From the NCBI GenBank assembly GCA_964415735.1, contig CAYQBR010000001.1, forward strand, positions 1,748 through 52,454: a DNA stretch of 50,707 bases, given 5' to 3'. Below the pieces are notes generated by a model. The model was not told the origin of the DNA and did not search any database. It worked only from the letters and a program-made list of their open reading frames with translations. Source of the DNA: an uncultured Klebsiella sp. (GTDB lineage: Bacteria > Pseudomonadota > Gammaproteobacteria > Pseudomonadales > Pseudohongiellaceae). Below are positions 1 through 11,208 of this stretch, in pieces. Positions within the stretch are counted from its first letter, which is position 1, and every line of letters starts with the position of its first letter. The position numbers were made by a program, and so were the translations under genes.

Positions 1-263
1 TTGGCGCCTCAGTGGGGCCTCATTTATATAGTTTTTGCCAGACAGCCGCAAGCTTTAATCCGGCCGGACGAAGCCTGTTCGAGGCACTCCGGGTGATTCG
101 GGAAGTCCTTGAAAAGCGCGCAGATTATCCTGCTCTGGACGCTGTTTCGGGGCTGCCAGAGCGCTGGAAGGTAAGGTATACTGCGCCGTTTTCGCGAGAC
201 CCGGCAGCCGTGTGCCCGGGGGCGATTCGCGATCAGCAAGCTGAATGGAGGAAATTGTCGCTT

Positions 264-518
264 ATGCCTATTTACGAATACCAGTGCAGTCAGTGTGGCA
301 ATCAACTTGAGGCGCTGCAGAAGATCAGTGATGCCCCTTTGACGCAATGCCCCGCCTGCAATCAGAACGGCCTTGTGAAGCAGGTCTCGGCCAGCAGCTT
401 TCGCCTGAAGGGCGGAGGCTGGTATGAAACAGATTTCAAGACCGGCAAGCGTCGGCATGGTACGCAGGACTCCGACTCCGGGTCGACTCCAGCGACGTCC
501 AGTGCCACCGCATCCTGA
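264..518 (+). CDS. FmdB-family zinc-ribbon putative regulatory protein (84 aa)
   Basis: Internal ATG at 264 of track ORF 12..518, preceded by GGAGG at 247-251. MPIYEYQCSQCG...CPAC gives two CxxC pairs typical of the FmdB/CxxC zinc-ribbon family. Confidence 0.8.
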   Translation: MPIYEYQCSQCGNQLEALQKISDAPLTQCPACNQNGLVKQVSASSFRLKGGGWYETDFKTGKRRHGTQDSDSGSTPATSSATAS

Positions 519-577
519 CGCGCTCGCGCGCCCTGCGGCCGGATAACGCATTTTAAGCTTCAACACAGGAACCAGTT

Positions 578-2356
578 ATGCGCAGTCATTATTGCGGGCT
601 TTTGAATGAAAACCATGTCGGGCAGGAAGTCGTTCTGTGCGGTTGGGCCCATCGACGTCGTGATCATGGTGGCGTGATCTTCATCGATCTGCGTGATCGG
701 GAAGGCATTGCCCAGGTCGTGTTCGATCCGGATGCCGAGCAAAGCTTTGCGCTGGCCGAGACCGTGCGCAGCGAGTTCGTGCTGAAGATCACCGGCATCG
801 TGCGCCTGCGGCCGGAAGGCACCAGCAATGCCGTGATGGGCACCGGGCGGATCGAGGTGCTCGGCAAGCAGCTCGAGATACTCAACGCCTCGCGCACGCC
901 GCCTTTCATGCTCGATGAACATGCCGAGGTGGGCGAGGACATTCGTCTGCGTCATCGCTACATCGATCTGCGTCGACCGGAAATGGCCGACCGTCTGCGC
1001 TTTCGCTCCAAGGTCAGCAACACCATCCGCAATTATCTGGACGAGAACGGCTTCCTGGATATCGAGACGCCCATTCTGACGCGTGCCACACCGGAAGGTG
1101 CACGCGACTATCTCGTTCCCAGCCGCACGCATCATGGTCAGTTCTTCGCGCTGCCGCAGTCTCCGCAGCTGTTCAAGCAGATCCTGATGGTGGCCGGCAT
1201 GGACCGCTACTACCAGATCGCCAAGTGCTTCCGTGACGAGGACCTGCGCGCTGACAGGCAGCCCGAGTTCACGCAGATCGATATTGAAACCTCGTTCATG
1301 AATGAAGAGCAGATCATGACGATCACGGAAGAGATGATCCGTCAGGTCTTCCGCAAGCATCTGAATGTCGAGTTCGGCACCTTCCCGCGCATGACCTTCG
1401 CCGAAGCCATGCGTCGTTTCGGTTCCGACAAGCCCGATCTGCGCATCGACATGGAGCTGGTGGACATCGCCGACCTGATGAAGGATGTGGAATTCAAGGT
1501 GTTCCACGGCCCGGCCAACGACCCGGCCTCGCGCGTTGTGGCGCTGCGAGTGCCCGAGGGTGGGCGTCTGAGTCGCAAGGAGATCGACGATTACACGAAA
1601 TTCGTTTCCATCTATGGCGCGAAAGGCCTGGCCTGGATCAAGGTCAACGATCTGGCTGTCGGCGTCGACGGCCTGCAGTCTCCGATCCTTAAGTTCATGC
1701 CGGAGCAAGTGGTGCATGCCGTGCTGGCTCGCCTTGGCGTGCAGAACGGGGATCTGGTGTTCTTCGGGGCGGACAAGGCCAAGATCGTCAACGAGTCCAT
1801 CGGTGCATTGCGTCTGAAGGTTGGTGCCGACATGGGCATGGTCAAGGGAGACTGGGCACCTTTGTGGGTGGTCGACTTCCCGATGTTCGAAGAGGCCGGC
1901 GACGGCAGCCTCACAGCTCTGCACCACCCCTTCACGATGCCTTCGTGCAGAGTGGAGGAAGTGCAGGCAGATCCGCTCAAGGCGCTCTCACGTGCCTATG
2001 ACATGGTGTTGAACGGCACCGAACTGGGCGGCGGCTCCATCCGCATCAACCAGCCGTCGATGCAGCAGTCTGTCTTCAAGATTCTCGGGATTGGTGACGA
2101 AGAGGCGAAAGAGAAATTCGGCTTCCTGCTGGATGCGCTGTCCTATGGTGCGCCTCCCCACGGTGGCCTCGCCTTCGGTCTGGATCGTCTGATCATGCTG
2201 ATGACCGGCGCGTCGTCCATTCGCGAAGTGATTGCCTTCCCGAAGACCCAGTCTGCCTCGTGTCCGCTGACGGATGCTCCGGGTCTGGTGTCATCCAAGC
2301 AGTTGCGCGAACTCAATATCCAGGTGCGTCAGGCAGCCGGCGAGAAGTCGGCTTGA
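578..2356 (+). CDS. aspS: aspartate--tRNA ligase
   Basis: 592-aa ORF with class II aaRS motifs ([33 protein letters not shown]). Full-length similarity to bacterial AspRS. Confidence 0.97.
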   Translation: MRSHYCGLLNENHVGQEVVLCGWAHRRRDHGGVIFIDLRDREGIAQVVFDPDAEQSFALAETVRSEFVLKITGIVRLRPEGTSNAVMGTGRIEVLGKQLEILNASRTPPFMLDEHAEVGEDIRLRHRYIDLRRPEMADRLRFRSKVSNTIRNYLDENGFLDIETPILTRATPEGARDYLVPSRTHHGQFFALPQSPQLFKQILMVAGMDRYYQIAKCFRDEDLRADRQPEFTQIDIETSFMNEEQIMTITEEMIRQVFRKHLNVEFGTFPRMTFAEAMRRFGSDKPDLRIDMELVDIADLMKDVEFKVFHGPANDPASRVVALRVPEGGRLSRKEIDDYTKFVSIYGAKGLAWIKVNDLAVGVDGLQSPILKFMPEQVVHAVLARLGVQNGDLVFFGADKAKIVNESIGALRLKVGADMGMVKGDWAPLWVVDFPMFEEAGDGSLTALHHPFTMPSCRVEEVQADPLKALSRAYDMVLNGTELGGGSIRINQPSMQQSVFKILGIGDEEAKEKFGFLLDALSYGAPPHGGLAFGLDRLIMLMTGASSIREVIAFPKTQSASCPLTDAPGLVSSKQLRELNIQVRQAAGEKSA

Positions 2357-2378
2357 GGATGTGACAGCCAGGGGGTGA

Positions 2379-3125
<747 letters not shown>

Positions 3126-3167
3126 GCAACAGCGGTGAGACTTGCCGGCTCCCGGGGGCGGTAACAG

Positions 3168-3704
3168 ATGACACGGATTCTGGGGATAGATCCCGGCTCG
3201 CGCCTGACGGGCTACGGCATTGTCGAGTCCACGGGCAACAGGTTGGTGTATGTGGCCTGCGGATGCATCCGCCTGCCTGACATCGATCACCCGGGACGCC
3301 TCAAGCTCATCTTCGACAGCGTGTGTCGGATCATCGAGCAGCATGCGCCCCAGCAGTGCGCGATAGAGGAAGTGTTTCTCGGCAAGAGTGTGTCGTCGGC
3401 ACTCAAGCTTGGTCAGGCGCGGGGGAGTGCGATGGTCGCCTGCCTGCATCATGACCTGAGCATCGCCGAATACTCTCCCCGCAAGGTCAAGCAAGCCCTG
3501 GTGGGCAATGGCAATGCAGAGAAGGAACAGGTGCAGCACATGGTGAAGGTTCTGCTTGGCGTGAGCGGGGAGGTGCAGGCCGATGCAGCCGATGCGCTTG
3601 CCATTGCCATCTGTCATGCCAATACCACTGCGAATCAGTCCCGCATTGTCAGTGCCGGCGCCTGGCGCGGGCGAGCCCCGGCGGGCCGCGGAGGAGTGCA
3701 ATGA
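3168..3704 (+). CDS. ruvC: crossover junction endodeoxyribonuclease RuvC
   Basis: ILGIDPGSRLTGYG catalytic N-terminus, 178 aa. ATGA overlap with ruvA. Confidence 0.95.
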   Translation: MTRILGIDPGSRLTGYGIVESTGNRLVYVACGCIRLPDIDHPGRLKLIFDSVCRIIEQHAPQQCAIEEVFLGKSVSSALKLGQARGSAMVACLHHDLSIAEYSPRKVKQALVGNGNAEKEQVQHMVKVLLGVSGEVQADAADALAIAICHANTTANQSRIVSAGAWRGRAPAGRGGVQ

Positions 3705-4321
3705 TCGGTCGGCTGCGCGGCATTCTCGCCGACAAGCGTGCCCCTGAGGTGCTGGTGGATGTCGGGGGAGTGTTTTACGAAGTCCAGGTGCCCATGAGCA
3801 CTGTCTATCAATTACCTGCTGTCGGGCGCGAAGTCACCCTGCAAACGCATCTGGTGGTGCGTGAGGATGCCCATCTGCTCTATGGTTTTCACACCGCGCA
3901 GGAGCGGCAGATGTTCCGCAGCCTGATCAAAGTCACCGGCGTAGGGCCGAAGATGGCCCTGGCGATTCTCTCGGGCATGGCCGTTGATGACTTCGTACGC
4001 ACGATCCGCGTCAATGACATCGCGGGTTTGACGCGCATGCCCGGTATCGGACGCAAGACAGCAGAGCGGCTGATCGTGGAAATGAAGGATCGTCTGGCCG
4101 AGTGGGGCGCTGATCTGCAAGGGGTGCTGCAGGATGCCGTGCCTGTTGCCGGGCACTCGGAGCGAGCAGTGTCACAGGAAGCGGAGACCGCCTTGATAGC
4201 GCTTGGCTACAAACCGCAGGAAGCAGCGCGCATGATTGCCGGCGTCATGAAAGCCGATCCCGGAATGGCGCGCAGTGAAGATCTCATCCGACAGGCTCTC
4301 AGGAATTCGGCACAATCATGA
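3701..4321 (+). CDS. ruvA: Holliday junction branch migration protein RuvA
   Basis: MIGRLRG...LLYGF...F..L..V.GVGPK.AL motif pattern, 206 aa. Overlaps ruvC and ruvB by 4 nt each. Confidence 0.95.
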   Translation: MIGRLRGILADKRAPEVLVDVGGVFYEVQVPMSTVYQLPAVGREVTLQTHLVVREDAHLLYGFHTAQERQMFRSLIKVTGVGPKMALAILSGMAVDDFVRTIRVNDIAGLTRMPGIGRKTAERLIVEMKDRLAEWGADLQGVLQDAVPVAGHSERAVSQEAETALIALGYKPQEAARMIAGVMKADPGMARSEDLIRQALRNSAQS

Positions 4322-5349
4322 TCAATGAAGAGGATCGCCTGGTTTCCGCTGCCAGCGCTCCGGGCGACCAGTCGCTGGATCGCGCTATCCGGCCGCTGGC
4401 ACTGCGCGACTACGTCGGGCAGAGTGAGGTCAAGAAACAGATGGAGATATTCGTCCAGGCTGCACGAGATCGTCGCGAAGCCATGGACCATGTCCTGATC
4501 TTCGGGCCGCCGGGGCTTGGCAAGACCACCCTCGCCAATATCATTGCCAACGAACTGCAGGTGTCGATCAAGACGACGTCCGGTCCGGTGCTGGAAAAAG
4601 CCGGCGATCTGGCTGCCATGCTCACGAATCTTGAGGCCGGCGATGTCCTCTTCATCGACGAGATTCATCGTCTCAGTCCTGCCATCGAGGAAATTCTCTA
4701 TCCGGCGATGGAGGACTATCAGCTCGATATCATGATCGGGGAGGGGCCTGCGGCGCGCTCGATCAAGCTGGACCTGCCTCCATTCACGCTGGTGGGTGCC
4801 ACGACCAGAGCGGGTTTGCTGACGTCGCCTCTGCGTGATCGCTTTGGCATCATCCAGCGGCTGGAATATTACTCGGCGGCGGAATTGAGCAGTATCGTGC
4901 AGCGATCGGCTGCCATCCTGGGCTGTGATATCGATGTCGACGCTGCTGATGAAATCGCCCGCCGCTCGCGCGGCACGCCTCGAATCGCCAATCGGCTGCT
5001 GCGGCGCGTGCGGGACTATGCGCATGTGAAGTGCGCGGGCGTGATGGACCGGCGCGCAGCGAGCATGGCCTTGGACATGTTGAGTATCGACGACAACGGC
5101 TTCGATCACATGGATCGCAGGCTGCTGCTGGCACTGATCGAGAAATTCGGTGGTGGGCCTGTCGGCGTCGACAGTCTGGCGGCGGCCATCAGCGAGGAGC
5201 GGGACACCATCGAGGATGTGCTAGAGCCCTATCTGATTCAACAAGGATTCATGATGCGCACGAGTCGCGGGCGTGTCGCGACAGCACAAGCCTATCTGCA
5301 TTTCGGCTTGCCGGTGCCCGGGAGTCCTGGATCGCCTTCCGAGGGCTGA
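4318..5349 (+). CDS. ruvB: Holliday junction DNA helicase RuvB
   Basis: Walker [25 protein letters not shown]. 343 aa. Confidence 0.97.
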   Translation: MINEEDRLVSAASAPGDQSLDRAIRPLALRDYVGQSEVKKQMEIFVQAARDRREAMDHVLIFGPPGLGKTTLANIIANELQVSIKTTSGPVLEKAGDLAAMLTNLEAGDVLFIDEIHRLSPAIEEILYPAMEDYQLDIMIGEGPAARSIKLDLPPFTLVGATTRAGLLTSPLRDRFGIIQRLEYYSAAELSSIVQRSAAILGCDIDVDAADEIARRSRGTPRIANRLLRRVRDYAHVKCAGVMDRRAASMALDMLSIDDNGFDHMDRRLLLALIEKFGGGPVGVDSLAAAISEERDTIEDVLEPYLIQQGFMMRTSRGRVATAQAYLHFGLPVPGSPGSPSEG

Positions 5350-5573
5350 ATGCCCGTTTTCGCAAGAAATTCACTGCCTTCTTTGTGACACATTTGATCA
5401 GTCTCACGTCCGCTTTTTTCTTGGTCGGAGATAGATTGAAAAGGTTTAATGCCACGGTGCGTCAGGAATCACAATTTTCTACAAAAACTCTTTATAAAAC
5501 ACCGGATTGTGTATGAGAAGCACAAAACATACCTTATAATGCCGCCAGTTTTTGGAGCCGGGAGGTCAGGGCA

Positions 5574-6269
5574 GTGGGTGAATCGATAAACGTGTGGGGA
5601 TTGATCCTGGAGGCGACGCTGCCTGTCCAGCTGGTCATGCTCATTCTTCTCACGGCGTCGGTTGTTTCCTGGGTCATGATCATTCAGCGCTGGTTGGTGC
5701 TGACAGCGGCCGTGCGGGGCATGGTGGGCTTCGAGAAGCGTTTCTGGTCGGGCATGGATCTGAGCCAGCTGTTCCGCGAGGGAAGCCCCCAGCAGAAAGA
5801 GAATGCACAGGTCGGCGGCATGGAAAGCATCTTCCGGGCCGGCTTCAAGGAATTCATGCGTCTGCGCCAGCAAGGTGGCATCGAGTCCGATGCGGTGATG
5901 GGCGGTGCGCAGCGCGCCATGCGGGTTGCTTACTCGCGTGAGGAAGAAAAACTCGAGAAGAATCTGACGTTCCTGGCCACTGTCGGCTCTGTGACGCCCT
6001 ACATCGGTTTGTTTGGCACCGTGATCGGTATCATGAATTCGTTCATCAGTCTCGCGAGCCAGAGTCAGGCGAGCCTGCAGGTGGTGGCGCCGGGTATCGC
6101 GGAAGCCTTGATTGCGACGGCAATGGGGCTGTTCGCTGCCATTCCGGCGGTGGTGGCGTACAACAGGTATTCGTCCAGAGTGGAGTCATTGACCAACAAT
6201 TACCTGACGTTCATTGACGAGTTTGCAAGCATCCTGCACAGGCAGGTGTACAGCAGTCCGAACAAGTAA
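5574..6269 (+). CDS. tolQ: Tol-Pal system protein TolQ
   Basis: GTG start 8 nt after GGAGG (5561-5565). MotA/TolQ/ExbB-type 3-TM protein, followed by tolR-tolA-tolB-pal. Confidence 0.92.
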   Translation: MGESINVWGLILEATLPVQLVMLILLTASVVSWVMIIQRWLVLTAAVRGMVGFEKRFWSGMDLSQLFREGSPQQKENAQVGGMESIFRAGFKEFMRLRQQGGIESDAVMGGAQRAMRVAYSREEEKLEKNLTFLATVGSVTPYIGLFGTVIGIMNSFISLASQSQASLQVVAPGIAEALIATAMGLFAAIPAVVAYNRYSSRVESLTNNYLTFIDEFASILHRQVYSSPNK

Positions 6270-6280
6270 GCAGGAAGGTC

Positions 6281-6715
6281 ATGGAAACGGTCCGCAAGCG
6301 TCGCAAGCCCGTGGCAGAGATCAATGTAGTGCCTTACATCGATGTGATGCTGGTACTGCTGATCGTTTTTATGGTGACGGCGCCGTTATTGACACAGGGC
6401 TTGATTGTCGAACTGCCGCAGGCGTCCTCGGAGCCGCTGGAAGTCGACGAGAATGCGGAAACGCTGGTCATTTCGATCACCGCTGACGAGCAGTACTACA
6501 TCAGTCTGGGCAGCACGCAGCAGGAAGACCAGTCGCCGGTGGCGATTGATGTGATTGGTGATCAGGTGAGTCGAATCGTGGGGGCGAATCCTCAGATTCA
6601 GGTGTTTGTGGAAGGTGATGGCCAGAGCAGCTACAGCTCGTTCATCAGTCTGATGACCGTATTGCAGGCTGCCGGAGTGGCAAGTCCCAATCTGATAACG
6701 AAACCACTGGAATAG
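6281..6715 (+). CDS. tolR: Tol-Pal system protein TolR
   Basis: EINVVPYIDVMLVLLIVFMVTAP ExbD/TolR signature, 144 aa. Operon context. Confidence 0.9.
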   Translation: METVRKRRKPVAEINVVPYIDVMLVLLIVFMVTAPLLTQGLIVELPQASSEPLEVDENAETLVISITADEQYYISLGSTQQEDQSPVAIDVIGDQVSRIVGANPQIQVFVEGDGQSSYSSFISLMTVLQAAGVASPNLITKPLE

Positions 6716-6727
6716 TTCATTCGTACT

Positions 6728-7567
6728 GTGACGGTTTTCAACGGTTATCCACTTTCGATCGTGCTGGCTGTCCTGCTGCACGGTTCGGTGCTCGCGGCGC
6801 TGTTCTATTTTCAGCAGGCGGATACTGAAGTGATCGATATCGTCCGGCCGCCTGCCGTGAAGGCGCTGCTGGTGAACGAGAATCCGCAGGCGCGCAATGA
6901 GCGCGTGCTGCAGCAGCGCCAGGCGCAGCAGCAGCGGCAGGAGCGTCAGCGACAGGAAGAAGCTCAAGCCGAGCGGCAGCGTCAGGAAGAGCAGCGTCGC
7001 GCTCAGGAGCAGCAGGCCGCAGAGCAACGCCAGCAGGAACAGGAAAGATTGCAGGCTGAACAGCAGCGCGTCGCTCAGGAGCAACGCCAGCGCGAGCAGC
7101 AGCAACGCGAAGCCGAACAGCAACGCCAGGAGCAGCAACGCGAAGCGGAGCAGCAGCGGCAACAGGAACTGGCAGCCGAGCAAGAGCGACAGCGGCAGGA
7201 ACAGGCCCAGGCGCAAGCCAGGGCGCAGCAGGAGGCCGATGCACGCGAGCTCGCCGAAACGGAAGCGGAGCTGGTCATGGCGTACTCCGCGGTCATTCAT
7301 GACCTGGTGCAGCAATATTGGTCTCGCCCGCCAAGTGCCCGCAATGGCATGGTGGTGGTACTGCGGATTCGCATGGTGCCCACGGGCGACGTGCTGGATG
7401 TCGAGATCGTCCAGTCCAGTGGCGATTTCGCGTTTGATCGCGCTGCCGAGTCGGCAGTGCTGAAGGTGAATAGATTTACCGAGCTGCAGGGTATGGACCC
7501 TCGGATGTTCGATCGGAATTTCAGAACGTTCCTGTTAACTTTCAGACCTCAGGATTTGTTGAATTGA
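6728..7567 (+). CDS. tolA: Tol-Pal system protein TolA
   Basis: GTG start, N-terminal TM helix, long Q/E/R/A-rich helical domain II, and a C-terminal TolA domain III-like region. Position between tolR and tolB. Confidence 0.85.
   Translation: MTVFNGYPLSIVLAVLLHGSVLAALFYFQQADTEVIDIVRPPAVKALLVNENPQARNERVLQQRQAQQQRQERQRQEEAQAERQRQEEQRRAQEQQAAEQRQQEQERLQAEQQRVAQEQRQREQQQREAEQQRQEQQREAEQQRQQELAAEQERQRQEQAQAQARAQQEADARELAETEAELVMAYSAVIHDLVQQYWSRPPSARNGMVVVLRIRMVPTGDVLDVEIVQSSGDFAFDRAAESAVLKVNRFTELQGMDPRMFDRNFRTFLLTFRPQDLLN
7100..7165 (+). repeat. 33-nt imperfect tandem duplication inside the tolA low-complexity tract (encodes QQREAEQQRQE twice)
   Basis: cagcaacgcgaagc(c/g)ga(a/g)cagca... starts at 7100 and again at 7133. 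Embedded in a wider CAG/CGC-rich tract at about 6890-7250. Confidence 0.8.
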
Positions 7568-8874
7568 TCAAGACACTGCGAAACCTGGCTGCTCTTGCTC
7601 TGCTGTTTGCAGAGAGTGTCATGGCTGCCGAGCTGAACATCGAGATCACTCAAGGTGTGGATAATCCCATTCCAATTGCCGTGGTGCCGTTTTCATGGGA
7701 AGGCGCCAATGCATTGAGCGAAGACGTTGCCGCGATTGTCGCCGCTGATCTGCAGCAGGTGGGCGAGTTCCGGGCGCTGCCGCGTGGCAACATGCTGAGC
7801 ATGCCGGATGAAGCGGCCGAGGTGTTTTTCCGCGACTGGCGCATTCTGGCGCAGGATTATGTTCTAGTCGGCAAGATCAGCCATTCTCCGGGCAGTCAGC
7901 TGGTGCAGGTTCAGTACGAGTTCTTCGATGTGGCGCGCGAACAGAAGCTGGTGGGCGAAGTGCTGACTGGCTCGATGTCTCAACTGCGCGATATTGGCCA
8001 TGAAATCAGCAACGTTGTCTATGAACAGGTCACTGGAATCCGCGGCGCGTTTTCCACTGAGATCCTGTATGTGTCTGCCGAGTTCATTTCGCCGGAGCTC
8101 ACTTATTACCGCATCGAGAAGTCTGATTACGACGGGCGTCGTTCGCAGGTTCTTGTGGAGTCTCAGGAGCCTCTCATGTCGCCGACCTGGTCTCCGGACG
8201 GTTCGCAAGTGGCCTATCTTTCCTTCGAGACCAATCTGCCGCGCATCTATGTCCAGGAGATTGCCACAGGGCAGCGTCGCCAGATCACCGATTTCCCGGG
8301 AATCAACAGTTCTCCTGTGTGGTCCCCGGACGGCACCAAGCTCGCGATGGTTCTCTCGAAGGACGGCAGCCCCGATGTGTATGTGATGGATTTGATGACC
8401 AATCAGTTAACGAGACTGACGGATCATCCGCGTGCAGAGACCGAACCGAGTTGGTCAGCCGACAGTCGTTCTGTCGTGTTCACCTCGGATAGAACCGGTC
8501 AGCCGCAGATCTATCAGGTTGGAATCAACGGAGGCTTCCCCGAGCGGTTGACCTTCGACTGTTTTTATTGTGCTAAGGGACGTTTCCTGCCGGACGGCAA
8601 GAATCTTGTCCATGTCAGACGTGACACCCGCGAAGATAACAGCTACAGCATTGCTATCTTCAATATCGAGACTCAGCGGTTGATAACGTTGACTGACACT
8701 TCACTAGACGAATCTCCCAGCGTGGCGCCAAACGGAAGCATGATCATGTTCGCCACGAAGGTCAATGGAAGGGGTGTCCTGGACGCCGTTTCAATTGACG
8801 GACGTGTAAAGTTCCGTTTACCATCCGCGCAGGGCGATGTTCGGGAACCATCTTGGTCGCCGTTCTTAAATTGA
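7564..8874 (+). CDS. tolB: Tol-Pal system beta-propeller protein TolB
   Basis: TTG start overlapping the tolA stop, signal peptide, repeated SP.WSPDG propeller motifs. 436 aa. Confidence 0.95.
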   Translation: MIKTLRNLAALALLFAESVMAAELNIEITQGVDNPIPIAVVPFSWEGANALSEDVAAIVAADLQQVGEFRALPRGNMLSMPDEAAEVFFRDWRILAQDYVLVGKISHSPGSQLVQVQYEFFDVAREQKLVGEVLTGSMSQLRDIGHEISNVVYEQVTGIRGAFSTEILYVSAEFISPELTYYRIEKSDYDGRRSQVLVESQEPLMSPTWSPDGSQVAYLSFETNLPRIYVQEIATGQRRQITDFPGINSSPVWSPDGTKLAMVLSKDGSPDVYVMDLMTNQLTRLTDHPRAETEPSWSADSRSVVFTSDRTGQPQIYQVGINGGFPERLTFDCFYCAKGRFLPDGKNLVHVRRDTREDNSYSIAIFNIETQRLITLTDTSLDESPSVAPNGSMIMFATKVNGRGVLDAVSIDGRVKFRLPSAQGDVREPSWSPFLN

Positions 8875-8939
8875 TTGAAAATCTTGAGTTTTTGAAAGCA
8901 TCAGCCTATTGGAGGACTTGCAGAGTGGGTACGCACAGC

Positions 8940-9458
8940 ATGAAATTTTTCAAGACAACAGTTCTGGCTTTGTCAATTATGGGCCTCGCGGCCTGTAGTT
9001 CGACTGGCGACGAAGAAGCCATGGCTTCTTCCGCAGCATCCAATTCCAGTGCCGACACTTCTGCAGCACAACGCGCAGAAGCCGAGCGTCTGGCTCGTGA
9101 GCGTGAAGCTCAGGCTCGCATGGAAGCGGCTGCTCTGGCCACTACCGTGTTCTACTTCGATTTCGACGTTTCCGAGTTCATGGCGTCAGATCGCGATGTA
9201 CTGGCCATTCACGGTCGCAACCTGGCTGCCAACTCCAGCCGTCGCATTCGTCTGGAAGGGCACGCAGACGAGCGCGGCACACGCGAGTACAACCTGGCAC
9301 TGGGCGAGCGTCGTGCAAACAGCATTCGCGACTACCTGGTAGTCAATGGTGCGTCACTGTCTCAGATCGAAACAGTGAGCTACGGCGAAGAGCGTCCGGC
9401 CGACACTGGTCAGACAGAAGCTTCTTACCGTCTGAACCGTCGCGTAGAAATCAAGTAA
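8940..9458 (+). CDS. pal: peptidoglycan-associated lipoprotein Pal
   Basis: Internal ATG of track ORF 8853..9458. Lipobox LAAC, OmpA-like C-terminal domain (GHADERGTREYNLALGERRA...NRRVEI). Confidence 0.93.
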   Translation: MKFFKTTVLALSIMGLAACSSTGDEEAMASSAASNSSADTSAAQRAEAERLAREREAQARMEAAALATTVFYFDFDVSEFMASDRDVLAIHGRNLAANSSRRIRLEGHADERGTREYNLALGERRANSIRDYLVVNGASLSQIETVSYGEERPADTGQTEASYRLNRRVEIK

Positions 9459-9480
9459 TCTCTACAAGGCAGCTCTTGTG

Positions 9481-10428
9481 ATGAAACGCTATCTCGCATC
9501 GCTCGTTATTGCAGTACCGGCTTCTCTGCTCAGTACTTCCGTGATGAGCGCCGCCGGGATAGTGGAAGCGCAGCCATACCTGCCTGGCCAGACTCCTTCG
9601 GGAGTGCAGCCAGGCAGTTCTTCCAACGATGCTCTCGTGATGCTTCTGGATCAATTCCGGGAGATGCGTGCCGAGCTCGAGACTCTTCGAGGTCTTGTCG
9701 AAGAGCAAACCTACGAATTGAACAACATGAAGCGCGAGTCCCTTGATCGTTATACCGATCTCGACTCTCGTTTGACTTCATTGAGCAATGCCGCCCCTGC
9801 GTCAGGCCCTGCGGCCAATCTGCAGTCCGGGGCGGTCGCACCAGTTGCTGCGATTTCACAGCCGGTTTCCGCGGCGCCCGTCAACGCAGCGGCGCCCGTA
9901 GTCGCACCTGTCCCGGCACCTGTACCCGCACAGGATGCCATCGCTGCGACAAGTCCTGTTGTTCCTGTCACGGCAGCTCCGGCGACCACTCCGGCGGTGG
10001 CGGCGGTTTCCGAGCCCGTCGTGGAAGCGCCGGCCGTTCAGCCTACCGTGCTGACTGAACAGCAGCAGTATCAGTTGGCGCTGGATTCTCTTCTTCAGGA
10101 AGAGCAGTACCAGCGCGCAGTGACCGAGTTTGATCAGTACCTGACCCAGTACCCGAACGGTCGTTTCGTGACCAATGCGTATTACTGGAAGGGGCAGGCC
10201 TATGTGAATCTGGCGATGATGGAAGAGGCGCGAGTTGCCTTCGAGACCATCGTCACGCAATACCCGGATGGCCGCAAGGTCGATGACGCCATGTACTCTC
10301 TGGGTACGGTGTACGACAAGCTCGGCAACGTGGAGCGAGCTCAACAACTGCTACGTCAGGTGCAGTCACGCTTCCCGAATACCTCCGCAGCCAATCTGGC
10401 AGACATCTATCTGCGTTCCATGAATTGA
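9481..10428 (+). CDS. cpoB: cell division coordinator CpoB (YbgF)
   Basis: Signal peptide, N-terminal coiled-coil (LLDQFREMRAELETLRG), C-terminal TPR region (YYWKGQAY...YSLG). Directly downstream of pal. Confidence 0.88.
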   Translation: MKRYLASLVIAVPASLLSTSVMSAAGIVEAQPYLPGQTPSGVQPGSSSNDALVMLLDQFREMRAELETLRGLVEEQTYELNNMKRESLDRYTDLDSRLTSLSNAAPASGPAANLQSGAVAPVAAISQPVSAAPVNAAAPVVAPVPAPVPAQDAIAATSPVVPVTAAPATTPAVAAVSEPVVEAPAVQPTVLTEQQQYQLALDSLLQEEQYQRAVTEFDQYLTQYPNGRFVTNAYYWKGQAYVNLAMMEEARVAFETIVTQYPDGRKVDDAMYSLGTVYDKLGNVERAQQLLRQVQSRFPNTSAANLADIYLRSMN

Positions 10429-10511
10429 CAGGCGGAGTCCTGTAGGTCGGGCTTCATAGACCGCCGTTCCACAACTGCTGAATCCACTTCGCGAGCAAAT
10501 CACTCTTGTCC

Positions 10512-11165
10512 ATGGACGCAACGCCGACGCTGCGCATCAATGAAATCTTTTTCTCCCTGCAGGGCGAGACGAGAACTGTGGGTTTGCCCACCGTGTTTGT
10601 GCGTCTGACAGGCTGTCCCTTGCGTTGCGGCTACTGCGATACCGAATATGCCTTTCATGAAGGCGATGTGATGCAACTCCCTGTCATTCTGGAAAAGGTG
10701 GCGGCCTACAAGGCGGCGTACGTCACGGTGACGGGCGGAGAACCTTTGGCTCAACCCAATTGCCGTGAGCTTCTAGCGCAATTGTGCGACAGCGGTGCTG
10801 AGGTTTCCCTGGAAACCAGTGGTGCACTGTCGATTGCGAATCTTGATTCTCGTGTCGTGGTGGTGATGGATTTGAAGACGCCTGGCTCGAATGAATGCGA
10901 TCGCAATCTGGAATCGAACATTTCCCAGCTGAAGCCAATTGACCAGGTCAAGTTCGTCATTTGTGATCGTCGCGACTACGAGTGGGCCAAGGCCAAATGT
11001 GATCAATACGATTTGCAAAATCGAGTTAGCGAAGTGCTGTTCTCTCCGAGTTTTTCCACCATGTCTTATCGAGAACTCGCGGATTGGATTCTGCAGGATC
11101 GTTTGAAGGTGCGCATGCAACTGCAATTGCACAAGCACATATGGGGCGAGGAGCCCGGGCATTGA
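10512..11165 (+). CDS. queE: 7-carboxy-7-deazaguanine synthase QueE (radical SAM)
   Basis: INEIFFSLQGE...VFVRLTGCPLRCGYCDT motif. I prefer ATG 10512 to the TTG at 10506. Confidence 0.93.
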   Translation: MDATPTLRINEIFFSLQGETRTVGLPTVFVRLTGCPLRCGYCDTEYAFHEGDVMQLPVILEKVAAYKAAYVTVTGGEPLAQPNCRELLAQLCDSGAEVSLETSGALSIANLDSRVVVVMDLKTPGSNECDRNLESNISQLKPIDQVKFVICDRRDYEWAKAKCDQYDLQNRVSEVLFSPSFSTMSYRELADWILQDRLKVRMQLQLHKHIWGEEPGH

Positions 11166-11208
11166 AACCTGAGCTCTCATTCGAATTTCACCCGCGAGTT
11201 CAAGCGTC

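Noticed and set aside
12-263. N-terminal 84-codon extension of the FmdB-like ORF (track start at 12)
   Set aside because: FmdB-family proteins start at M-x-x-Y-x-Y-x-C, and a GGAGG sits right before ATG 264. The upstream part has no coding features I can recognise and was left unannotated.
5249-5455. 68-aa basic ORF on the minus strand in the ruvB-tolQ spacer
   Set aside because: Half of it overlaps the ruvB 3' end in antisense. It has no RBS and no family resemblance, and its AT-rich part lacks the local codon bias.
6386-7315. 309-aa Leu-rich minus-strand ORF and other-frame ORFs across 6738-7463
   Set aside because: They are products of the CAG/CGC low-complexity tract of tolA read in other frames. 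tolA is supported by its operon position, TM helix and C-terminal domain.
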